Part shown: piece after piece, positions 43,501 through 56,900 of the stretch
Layout: each line of letters opens with the position of its first letter
Position numbering within the stretch: the first letter of the stretch is position 1
DNA from: Eledone cirrhosa
Lineage: Eukaryota
Direction: 5' to 3'
Length of the DNA stretch: 64,000 nt
Assembly (NCBI GenBank): GCA_964016885.1
Contig: OZ024748.1
Location: 36,952,001-37,016,000, forward strand
Translations under genes and position numbers: made by a program
The notes under the pieces: model-generated
The model's input: only the letters and a program-made list of their open reading frames with translations
Told to the model about the DNA's origin: nothing
Databases searched by the model: none

Positions 43501-46500
43501 GTGACTGCCTCTGTCTCTCCTACTCTCTCATATTACACCAGGTCCTAACACAGAGGAACCAAACTCCCACTGTCACTGCCTCCGTCTCTCCCACTCTCTC
43601 ATACTAAACCAGGTCCAACACAGAGGAACTAAACTCCCACTGTCACTGCCTCTCTCTCTACCACTCACTCATATTAGACCAGGTCCTAACACAGAGGAAC
43701 CAAACTCCCACTGTGACTGCCTCTGTCTCTCCCACTCTCTCACATTACACCAGTTCCCAACACAGAGGAACCAAACTCCCACTGTCACTGCCTCTGTCTC
43801 TCCCACACTCTCATATGACACCAGGTCCTAACACAGAGGTACCAAACTCCCACTGTCACTGCCTCCGTCTCTCCCACTCTCTCATACTAAACCAGGTCCA
43901 ATACAGAGGAACCAAACTCCTACTGTCACTGCCTCTGTCTCTCCCACTCTCTCATATACACCAGGTCTGAACACAGAGGTACGAGACCCCCACTGTCACT
44001 GCCTCTGTCTCTTCCACTCTCTCATTTTACACCAGGTCCTAACACAGAGGAACCAAACTCCCACTGTCACTGCCTCTGTCTCTCCCACTCTCTCATATTA
44101 CACCAGGTCCCAACACAGAGGAACCAAACTCCCACTGTCACTGCCTCTGTCTCTCCCACTCTCTCATATTACACCAGGTCCCAACACAGAGGAACCAAAC
44201 TCCCATTGTCACTGCCTCTGTCTCTCCCACTCTCTCATGTTACACCAGGTCCCAACACAGAGGAACCAAACTCCACTGTCACTGCCTCTGTCTCTCCCAC
44301 TCTCTCATATTAGACCAGGTCCTAACACAGAGGAACCAAACTCCCACTGTCACTGCCTCTGTCTCTCCCACTCTCTCACATTACACCAGTTCCCAACACA
44401 GAGGAACCAAACTCCCACTGTCACTGCCTCTGTCTCTCCCACTCTCTCATATTACACCAGGTCCCAACACAGAGGTACCAAACTCCCACTGTCACTGCCT
44501 CTGTCTCTCCCACTCTCTCATATTACAACAAATCCCAACACAGAGGAACCAAACTCCCACTGTCACTGCCTCTGTCTCTCCCACTCTCTCACATTACACC
44601 AATTCCCAACACAGAGGAACCAAACTCCCACTGTCACTGCCTCTGTCTCTCCCACTCTCTCATATTACACCAGGTCCTAACACAGAGGAACCAAACCCCC
44701 ACTGTCACTGCCTCTCTCTCTCCCACTCTCTCATATTACACCAGGTCCTAACACAGAGGAACCAAACACCCACTGTCACTGCCTCTCTCTCTCCCACTCT
44801 CTCATATTACACCAGGTCCTAACACAGAGGAACCGAACTCCCACTGTCACTGCCTCCGTCTCTCACACTCTCTCATACTAAACCAGGTCCAACACAGAGG
44901 AACCAAACTCCCACTGTCACTGCCTCTGTCTCTCCCACTCTCTCATATACACCAGGTCTGAACACAGAGGTACGAGACCCCCACTGTCACTGCCTCTGTC
45001 TCTTCCACTCTCTCATTTTACACCAGGTCCCAACACAGAGGAACCAAACTCCCACTGTCACTGCCTCTGTCTCTCCCACTCTCTCATATTACACCAGGTC
45101 CCAACACAGAGGAACCAAACTCCCACTGTCACTGCCTCTGTCTCTCCCACTCTCTCATGTTACACCAGGTCCCAACACAGAGGAACCAAACTCCACTGTC
45201 ACTGCCTCTGTCTCTCCCACTCTCTCATATTAGACCAGGTCCTAACACAGAGGAACCAAACTCCCACTGTCACTGCCTCTGTCTCTCCCACTCTCTCACA
45301 TTACACCAGTTCCCAACACAGAGGAACCAAACTCCCACTGTCACTGCCTCTGTCTCTTCCACTCTTTCATATTACACCAGGTCCCAACACAGAGGTACCA
45401 AACTCCCACTGTCACTGCCTCTGTCTCTCCCACGCTCTCATATTACAACAAATCCCAACACAGAGGAACCAAACTCCCACTGTCACTGCCTCTGTCTCTC
45501 CCACTCTCTCATATTAGACTAGGTCCTAACACAGAGGAACCAAACTCCCACTCTCACTGCCTCTGTCTCTCCCACTCTCTCACATTACACCAGTTCCCAA
45601 CACAGAGGAACCAAACTCCCACTGTCACTGCCTCTGTCTCTCCGACACTCTCATATTACACCAGGTCCTAACACAGAGGTACCAAACTCCCACTGTCAGT
45701 GCCTCCATCTCTCCCACTCTCTCATACTAAACCAGGTCCAACACAGAGGAACCAAACTCCTACTGTCACTGCCTCTGTCTCTCCCACTCTCTCATATACA
45801 CCACGTCCGAACACAGAGGTATGAAACCCCCACTGTCACTGCCTCTGTCTCTCCCACTCTCTCATATTACACCAGGTCCTAACACAGAGGAACCAAACTC
45901 CCACTGTCACTGCCTCTGTCTCTCCCACTCTCTCATATTACACCAGGTCCTAACACAGAGGAACCAAACTCCCACTGTCACTGCCTCTGTCTCTCCCACT
46001 CTCTCATATTACACCAGGTCCCAACACAGAGGAACCAAACTCCCACTGTCACTGTCTCTGTCTCTCCCACTCTCTCATATTACACCAGGTCCCAACACAG
46101 AGGAACCAAACTCCCACTGTCACTGCCTCTGTCTCCCCCACTCTCTCATATTACACCAGGTCCCAACACAGAGGAACCAAACTCCCACTGTCACTATCCT
46201 CTGTCTCTCCCACTCTCTCATAATACACCAGGTCCTAACACAGAGGAACCAAACCCCCACTGTCACTGCCTCTCTCTCTCCCACTCTCTCACATTACACC
46301 AGTTCCCAACACAGAGGAACCAAACTGCCACTGTCGCTCCCTCTGTCTCTCCCACTCTCTCATATTACACCATGTCCTAACACAGAGGAACCAAACTCCC
46401 ACCGTCACTCCCTCTGTCTCTCCCACTCTCTCATATTACACCATGTCCTAACACAGAGGAACCAAACTCCCACTGTCACTGCCTCTGTCTCTCCCACTCT

Positions 46501-47059
46501 CTCATATTACACCATGTCCCAACACAGAGGGACCAAACTCGCACTGTCACTGCCTCTGTCTCTCCCACTCTCTCATATTACATCAGGTCCTAACACAGAG
46601 GAACCAAACTCCCACTGTCACTGCCTCTGTCTCTCCCACTCTCTCATATTACACCAGTTCCCAACACAGAGGAACCAAACTCCCACTGTCACTGTCTCTG
46701 TCTCTCCCACTCTCTCATATTACACCAGGTCCCAACACAGAGGAACCAAACTCCCACTGTCACTGCCTCTGTCTCTCCCACTCTCTCATATTACACCAGG
46801 TCCCAACACAGAGGAACCAAACTCCCACTGTCACTATCCTCTGTCTCTCCCACTCTCTCATATTACACCATGTCCCAACACAGAGGGACCAAACTCGCAC
46901 TGTCACTGCCTCTCTCTCTCCCACTCTCTCATATTAAACCAGGTCCCAACACAGAGGACCCGAACTCCCACTGTCATTGCCTCTGTCTCTCCCACTCTCT
47001 CATATTACACCAGGCCCTAACACAGAGGAACCAAACTCACACTGTGACTGCCTCTGTCT

Positions 47060-47985
47060 CTCCCACTCTCTCATATTACACCAGTTCCCAACACAGAGGA
47101 ACCAAACTCCCACTGTCACTGTCTCTGTCTCTCCCACTCTCTCATATTACACCAGGTCCCAACACAGAGGAACCAAACCCCCACTGTCACTGCCTCTCTC
47201 TCTCCCACTCTCTCACATTACACCAGTTCCCAACACAGAGGAACCAAACTGCCACTGTCGCTCCCTCTGTCTCTCCCACTCTCTCATATTACACCATGTC
47301 CTAACACAGAGGAACCAAACTCCCACCGTCACTCCCTCTGTCTCTCCCACTCTCTCATATTACACCATGTCCTAACACAGAGGAACCAAACTCCCACTGT
47401 CACTGCCTCTGTCTCTCCCACTCTCTCATATTACACCATGTCCCAACACAGAGGGACCAAACTCGCACTGTCACTGCCTCTGTCTCTCCCACTCTCTCAT
47501 ATTACATCAGGTCCTAACACAGAGGAACCAAACTCCCACTGTCACTGCCTCTGTCTCTCCCACTCTCTCATATTACACCAGTTCCCAACACAGAGGAACC
47601 AAACTCCCACTGTCACTGTCTCTGTCTCTCCCACTCTCTCATATTACACCAGGTCCCAACACAGAGGAACCAAACTCCCACTGTCACTGCCTCTGTCTCT
47701 CCCACTCTCTCATATTACACCAGGTCCCAACACAGAGGAACCAAACTCCCACTGTCACTATCCTCTGTCTCTCCCACTCTCTCATATTACACCATGTCCC
47801 AACACAGAGGGACCAAACTCGCACTGTCACTGCCTCTCTCTCTCCCACTCTCTCATATTAAACCAGGTCCCAACACAGAGGACCCGAACTCCCACTGTCA
47901 TTGCCTCTGTCTCTCCCACTCTCTCATATTACACCAGGCCCTAACACAGAGGAACCAAACTCACACTGTGACTGCCTCTGTCTCT
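47060..47985 (+). repeat. 924-bp (13-monomer) insertion private to the middle HOR copy
   Basis: The marker cassette at 46870 recurs at 47794 (+924). The HOR period is 8503 across this point instead of 7579. Confidence 0.85.
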
Positions 47986-50900
47986 CCCACTCTCTCACAT
48001 TACACCAGTTCCCAACACAGAGGAACCAAACTCTCACTGTCACTGCCTCTCTCTCTCCCACTCTCTCATATTACACCAGGTCCTAACACAGAGGAACCAA
48101 ACTCCCACTGTCACTGCCTCCGTCTCTCCCACTCTCTCATACTAAACCAGGTCCAACACAGAGGAACTAAACTCCCACTGTCACTGCCTCTCTCTCTACC
48201 ACTCTCTCATATTAGACCAGGTCCTAACACAGAGGAACCAAACTCCCACTGTGACTGCCTCTGTCTCTCCCACTCTCTCACATTACACCAGTTCCCAACA
48301 CAGAGGAACCAAACTCCCACTGTCACTGCCTCTGTCTCTCCCACACTCTCATATGACACCAGGTCCTAACACAGAGGTACCAAACTCCCACTGTCACTGC
48401 CTCCGTCTCTCCCACTCTCTCATACTAAACCAGGTCCAATACAGAGGAACCAAACTCCTACTGTCACTGCCTCTGTCTCTCCCACTCTCTCATATACACC
48501 AGGTCCAAACACAGAGGTACGAAACCCCCACTGTCACTGCCTCTGTGTCTCCCACTCTCTCATATTACACCAGGTCCTAACACAGAGGAACCAAACTCCC
48601 ACTGTCACTGCCTCCGTCTCTCCCACTCTCTCATACTAAACCAGGTCCAACACAGAGGAACCAAACTCCTACTGTCACTGCCTCTGTCTCTCCCACTCTC
48701 TCATATACACAAGGTCCGAACACAGAGGTACGAAACCCCCACTGTCACTGCCTCTGTCTCTCCCACTCTCTCATATTACACCAGGTCCTAACACAGAGGA
48801 ACCAAACTCCCACTGTCACTGCCTCCGTCTCTCCCACTCTCTCATACTAAACCAGGTCCAACACAGAGGAACCAAACTCCTACTGTCACTGCCTCTGTCT
48901 CTCCCACTCTCTCATATACACCAGGTTCGAACACAGCAGTATGAAACCCCTACTGTCACTGCCTCTGTCTCTCCCACTCTCTCAAATTAGACCAGGTCAT
49001 AACACAGAGGAACCAAACTCCCACTGTCACTGCCCCTGTCTCTCTTACTCTCTCATATTACACCAGGTCCCAACACAGAGGGACCAAACTCCCACTGTCA
49101 CTGCCCCTGTCTCTCTTACTCTCTCATATTACACCAGGTCCCAACACAGAGGAACCAAACTCCCACTGTCACTGCCTCTGTCTCTCCCACTCTCTCATAC
49201 TACACCAGGTCCTAACACAGAGGAACCAAACCCCCACTGTCACTGCCTCTCTCTCTCCCACTCTCTCATATTACACCAGGTCCTAACACAGAGGAACCAA
49301 ACCCCCACTGTCACTGCCCCTCTCTCTCCCACTCTCTCATATTACACCAGGTCCTAACACAGAGGAACCAAACTCCCACTGTCACTGCCTCCGTCTCTCT
49401 CACTCTCTCATACTAAACCAGGTCCAACACAGAGGAACCAAACTCCCACTGTCACTGCCTCTGTCTCTCCTACTCTCTCATATACACCAGGTCCGAACAT
49501 AGAGGTACGAGACCCCCACTGTCACTGCCTCTGTCTCTCCCACTCACTCATATTACACCAGGTCCTAACACAGAGAAACCAAACTCCCACTGTCACTGCC
49601 TCTGTCTCTCCCACTCTCTCATATTACACCAGGTCCCAACACAGAGGAACCAAACTCCCACTGTCACTGCCTCTGTCTCTCCCATTCTCTCACATTACAC
49701 CAGTTCCCAACACAGAGGAACCAAACTCCCACTGTCACTGCCTCTGTCTCTCCCACTCTCTCATATTAGACTAGGTCATAACACAGAGGAACCAAACTCC
49801 CACTGTCACTGCCTCCGTCTCTCCCACTCTCTCATACTAAACCAGGTCCAACACAGAGGAACCAAACTCCCACTGTCACTGCCTCTGTCTCTCCCACTCT
49901 CTCATATTACACCAGATCCCAACACAGAGGAACCAAACTCCCACTGTCACTGCCTCTGTCTCCCCCACTCTCTCATATTACACCAGGTCCCAACACAGAG
50001 GAACCAAACTCCCACTGTCACTATCCTCTGTCTCTCCCACTCTCTCATAATACACCAGGTCCTAACACAGAGGAACCAAACCCCCACTGTCACTGCCTCT
50101 CTCTCTCCCACTCTCTCACATTACACCAGTTCCCAACACAGAGGAACCAAACTGCCACTGTCGCTCCCTCTGTCTCTCCCACTCTCTCATATTACACCAT
50201 GTCCTAACACAGAGGAACCAAACTCCCACCGTCACTCCCTCTGTCTCTCCCACTCTCTCATATTACACCATGTCCCAACACAGAGGGACCAAACTCGCAC
50301 TGTCACTGCCTCTCTCTCTCCCACTCTCTCATATTAAACCAGGTCCCAACACAGAGGACCCGAACTCCCACTGTCATTGCCTCTGTCTCTCCCACTCTCT
50401 CATATTACACCAGGCCCTAACACAGAGGAACCAAACTCACACTGTGACTGCCTCTGTCTCTCCCACTCTCTCACATTACACCAGTTCCCAACACAGAGGA
50501 ACCAAACTCTCACTGTCACTGCCTCTCTCTCTCCCACTCTCTCATATTACACCAGGTCCTAACACAGAGGAACCAAACTCCCACTGTCACTGCCTCCGTC
50601 TCTCCCACTCTCTCATACTAAACCAGGTCCAACACAGAGGAACTAAACTCCCACTGTCACTGCCTCTCTCTCTACCACTCACTCATATTAGACCAGGTCC
50701 TAACACAGAGGAACCAAACTCCCACTGTGACTGCCTCTGTCTCTCCCACTCTCTCACATTACACCAGTTCCCAACACAGAGGAACCAAACTCCCACTGTC
50801 ACTGCCTCTGTCTCTCCCACGCTCTCATATTACAACAAATCCCAACACAGAGGAACCAAACTCCCACTGTCACTGCCTCTGTCTCTCCCACTCTCTCATA

Positions 50901-53900
50901 TTAGACTAGGTCCTAACACAGAGGAACCAAACTCCCACTCTCACTGCCTCTGTCTCTCCCACTCTCTCACATTACACCAGTTCCCAACACAGAGGAACCA
51001 AACTCCCACTGTCACTGCCTCTGTCTCTCCGACACTCTCATATTACACCAGGTCCTAACACAGAGGTACCAAACTCCCACTGTCAGTGCCTCCATCTCTC
51101 CCACTCTCTCATACTAAACCAGGTCCAACACAGAGGAACCAAACTCCTACTGTCACTGCCTCTGTCTCTCCCACTCTCTCATATACACCACGTCCGAACA
51201 CAGAGGTATGAAACCCCCACTGTCACTGCCTCTGTCTCTCCCACTCTCTCATATTACACCAGGTCCTAACACAGAGGAACCAAACTCCCACTGTCACTGC
51301 CTCTGTCTCTCCCACTCTCTCATATTACACCAGGTCCTAACACAGAGGAACCAAACTCCCACTGTCACTGCCTCTGTCTCTCCCACTCTCTCATATTACA
51401 CCAGGTCCCAACACAGAGGAACCAAACTCCCACTGTCACTGTCTCTGTCTCTCCCACTCTCTCATATTACACCAGGTCCCAACACAGAGGAACCAAACTC
51501 CCACTGTCACTGCCTCTGTCTCCCCCACTCTCTCATATTACACCAGGTCCCAACACAGAGGAACCAAACTCCCACTGTCACTATCCTCTGTCTCTCCCAC
51601 TCTCTCATAATACACCAGGTCCTAACACAGAGGAACCAAACCCCCACTGTCACTGCCTCTCTCTCTCCCACTCTCTCACATTACACCAGTTCCCAACACA
51701 GAGGAACCAAACTGCCACTGTCGCTCCCTCTGTCTCTCCCACTCTCTCATATTACACCATGTCCTAACACAGAGGAACCAAACTCCCACCGTCACTCCCT
51801 CTGTCTCTCCCACTCTCTCATATTACACCATGTCCCAACACAGAGGGACCAAACTCGCACTGTCACTGCCTCTCTCTCTCCCACTCTCTCATATTAAACC
51901 AGGTCCCAACACAGAGGACCCGAACTCCCACTGTCATTGCCTCTGTCTCTCCCACTCTCTCATATTACACCAGGCCCTAACACAGAGGAACCAAACTCAC
52001 ACTGTGACTGCCTCTGTCTCTCCTACTCTCTCATATTACACCAGGTCCTAACACAGAGGAACCAAACTCCCACTGTCACTGCCTCCGTCTCTCCCACTCT
52101 CTCATACTAAACCAGGTCCAACACAGAGGAACTAAACTCCCACTGTCACTGCCTCTCTCTCTACCACTCACTCATATTAGACCAGGTCCTAACACAGAGG
52201 AACCAAACTCCCACTGTGACTGCCTCTGTCTCTCCCACTCTCTCACATTACACCAGTTCCCAACACAGAGGAACCAAACTCCCACTGTCACTGCCTCTGT
52301 CTCTCCCACACTCTCATATGACACCAGGTCCTAACACAGAGGTACCAAACTCCCACTGTCACTGCCTCCGTCTCTCCCACTCTCTCATACTAAACCAGGT
52401 CCAATACAGAGGAACCAAACTCCTACTGTCACTGCCTCTGTCTCTCCCACTCTCTCATATACACCAGGTCTGAACACAGAGGTACGAGACCCCCACTGTC
52501 ACTGCCTCTGTCTCTTCCACTCTCTCATTTTACACCAGGTCCTAACACAGAGGAACCAAACTCCCACTGTCACTGCCTCTGTCTCTCCCACTCTCTCATA
52601 TTACACCAGGTCCCAACACAGAGGAACCAAACTCCCACTGTCACTGCCTCTGTCTCTCCCACTCTCTCATATTACACCAGGTCCCAACACAGAGGAACCA
52701 AACTCCCATTGTCACTGCCTCTGTCTCTCCCACTCTCTCATGTTACACCAGGTCCCAACACAGAGGAACCAAACTCCACTGTCACTGCCTCTGTCTCTCC
52801 CACTCTCTCATATTAGACCAGGTCCTAACACAGAGGAACCAAACTCCCACTGTCACTGCCTCTGTCTCTCCCACTCTCTCACATTACACCAGTTCCCAAC
52901 ACAGAGGAACCAAACTCCCACTGTCACTGCCTCTGTCTCTCCCACTCTCTCATATTACACCAGGTCCCAACACAGAGGTACCAAACTCCCACTGTCACTG
53001 CCTCTGTCTCTCCCACTCTCTCATATTACAACAAATCCCAACACAGAGGAACCAAACTCCCACTGTCACTGCCTCTGTCTCTCCCACTCTCTCACATTAC
53101 ACCAATTCCCAACACAGAGGAACCAAACTCCCACTGTCACTGCCTCTGTCTCTCCCACTCTCTCATATTACACCAGGTCCTAACACAGAGGAACCAAACC
53201 CCCACTGTCACTGCCTCTCTCTCTCCCACTCTCTCATATTACACCAGGTCCTAACACAGAGGAACCAAACACCCACTGTCACTGCCTCTCTCTCTCCCAC
53301 TCTCTCATATTACACCAGGTCCTAACACAGAGGAACCGAACTCCCACTGTCACTGCCTCCGTCTCTCACACTCTCTCATACTAAACCAGGTCCAACACAG
53401 AGGAACCAAACTCCCACTGTCACTGCCTCTGTCTCTCCCACTCTCTCATATACACCAGGTCTGAACACAGAGGTACGAGACCCCCACTGTCACTGCCTCT
53501 GTCTCTTCCACTCTCTCATTTTACACCAGGTCCCAACACAGAGGAACCAAACTCCCACTGTCACTGCCTCTGTCTCTCCCACTCTCTCATATTACACCAG
53601 GTCCCAACACAGAGGAACCAAACTCCCACTGTCACTGCCTCTGTCTCTCCCACTCTCTCATGTTACACCAGGTCCCAACACAGAGGAACCAAACTCCACT
53701 GTCACTGCCTCTGTCTCTCCCACTCTCTCATATTAGACCAGGTCCTAACACAGAGGAACCAAACTCCCACTGTCACTGCCTCTGTCTCTCCCACTCTCTC
53801 ACATTACACCAGTTCCCAACACAGAGGAACCAAACTCCCACTGTCACTGCCTCTGTCTCTTCCACTCTTTCATATTACACCAGGTCCCAACACAGAGGTA

Positions 53901-56900
53901 CCAAACTCCCACTGTCACTGCCTCTGTCTCTCCCACGCTCTCATATTACAACAAATCCCAACACAGAGGAACCAAACTCCCACTGTCACTGCCTCTGTCT
54001 CTCCCACTCTCTCATATTAGACTAGGTCCTAACACAGAGGAACCAAACTCCCACTCTCACTGCCTCTGTCTCTCCCACTCTCTCACATTACACCAGTTCC
54101 CAACACAGAGGAACCAAACTCCCACTGTCACTGCCTCTGTCTCTCCGACACTCTCATATTACACCAGGTCCTAACACAGAGGTACCAAACTCCCACTGTC
54201 AGTGCCTCCATCTCTCCCACTCTCTCATACTAAACCAGGTCCAACACAGAGGAACCAAACTCCTACTGTCACTGCCTCTGTCTCTCCCACTCTCTCATAT
54301 ACACCACGTCCGAACACAGAGGTATGAAACCCCCACTGTCACTGCCTCTGTCTCTCCCACTCTCTCATATTACACCAGGTCCTAACACAGAGGAACCAAA
54401 CTCCCACTGTCACTGCCTCTGTCTCTCCCACTCTCTCATATTACACCAGGTCCTAACACAGAGGAACCAAACTCCCACTGTCACTGCCTCTGTCTCTCCC
54501 ACTCTCTCATATTACACCAGGTCCCAACACAGAGGAACCAAACTCCCACTGTCACTGTCTCTGTCTCTCCCACTCTCTCATATTACACCAGGTCCCAACA
54601 CAGAGGAACCAAACTCCCACTGTCACTGCCTCTGTCTCCCCCACTCTCTCATATTACACCAGGTCCCAACACAGAGGAACCAAACTCCCACTGTCACTAT
54701 CCTCTGTCTCTCCCACTCTCTCATAATACACCAGGTCCTAACACAGAGGAACCAAACCCCCACTGTCACTGCCTCTCTCTCTCCCACTCTCTCACATTAC
54801 ACCAGTTCCCAACACAGAGGAACCAAACTGCCACTGTCGCTCCCTCTGTCTCTCCCACTCTCTCATATTACACCATGTCCTAACACAGAGGAACCAAACT
54901 CCCACCGTCACTCCCTCTGTCTCTCCCACTCTCTCATATTACACCATGTCCTAACACAGAGGAACCAAACTCCCACTGTCACTGCCTCTGTCTCTCCCAC
55001 TCTCTCATATTACACCATGTCCCAACACAGAGGGACCAAACTCGCACTGTCACTGCCTCTGTCTCTCCCACTCTCTCATATTACATCAGGTCCTAACACA
55101 GAGGAACCAAACTCCCACTGTCACTGCCTCTGTCTCTCCCACTCTCTCATATTACACCAGTTCCCAACACAGAGGAACCAAACTCCCACTGTCACTGTCT
55201 CTGTCTCTCCCACTCTCTCATATTACACCAGGTCCCAACACAGAGGAACCAAACTCCCACTGTCACTGCCTCTGTCTCTCCCACTCTCTCATATTACACC
55301 AGGTCCCAACACAGAGGAACCAAACTCCCACTGTCACTATCCTCTGTCTCTCCCACTCTCTCATATTACACCATGTCCCAACACAGAGGGACCAAACTCG
55401 CACTGTCACTGCCTCTCTCTCTCCCACTCTCTCATATTAAACCAGGTCCCAACACAGAGGACCCGAACTCCCACTGTCATTGCCTCTGTCTCTCCCACTC
55501 TCTCATATTACACCAGGCCCTAACACAGAGGAACCAAACTCACACTGTGACTGCCTCTGTCTCTCCCACTCTCTCACATTACACCAGTTCCCAACACAGA
55601 GGAACCAAACTCTCACTGTCACTGCCTCTCTCTCTCCCACTCTCTCATATTACACCAGGTCCTAACACAGAGGAACCAAACTCCCACTGTCACTGCCTCC
55701 GTCTCTCCCACTCTCTCATACTAAACCAGGTCCAACACAGAGGAACTAAACTCCCACTGTCACTGCCTCTCTCTCTACCACTCTCTCATATTAGACCAGG
55801 TCCTAACACAGAGGAACCAAACTCCCACTGTGACTGCCTCTGTCTCTCCCACTCTCTCACATTACACCAGTTCCCAACACAGAGGAACCAAACTCCCACT
55901 GTCACTGCCTCTGTCTCTCCCACACTCTCATATGACACCAGGTCCTAACACAGAGGTACCAAACTCCCACTGTCACTGCCTCCGTCTCTCCCACTCTCTC
56001 ATACTAAACCAGGTCCAATACAGAGGAACCAAACTCCTACTGTCACTGCCTCTGTCTCTCCCACTCTCTCATATACACCAGGTCCAAACACAGAGGTACG
56101 AAACCCCCACTGTCACTGCCTCTGTGTCTCCCACTCTCTCATATTACACCAGGTCCTAACACAGAGGAACCAAACTCCCACTGTCACTGCCTCCGTCTCT
56201 CCCACTCTCTCATACTAAACCAGGTCCAACACAGAGGAACCAAACTCCTACTGTCACTGCCTCTGTCTCTCCCACTCTCTCATATACACAAGGTCCGAAC
56301 ACAGAGGTACGAAACCCCCACTGTCACTGCCTCTGTCTCTCCCACTCTCTCATATTACACCAGGTCCTAACACAGAGGAACCAAACTCCCACTGTCACTG
56401 CCTCCGTCTCTCCCACTCTCTCATACTAAACCAGGTCCAACACAGAGGAACCAAACTCCTACTGTCACTGCCTCTGTCTCTCCCACTCTCTCATATACAC
56501 CAGGTTCGAACACAGCAGTATGAAACCCCTACTGTCACTGCCTCTGTCTCTCCCACTCTCTCAAATTAGACCAGGTCATAACACAGAGGAACCAAACTCC
56601 CACTGTCACTGCCCCTGTCTCTCTTACTCTCTCATATTACACCAGGTCCCAACACAGAGGGACCAAACTCCCACTGTCACTGCCCCTGTCTCTCTTACTC
56701 TCTCATATTACACCAGGTCCCAACACAGAGGAACCAAACTCCCACTGTCACTGCCTCTGTCTCTCCCACTCTCTCATACTACACCAGGTCCTAACACAGA
56801 GGAACCAAACCCCCACTGTCACTGCCTCTCTCTCTCCCACTCTCTCATATTACACCAGGTCCTAACACAGAGGAACCAAACCCCCACTGTCACTGCCCCT

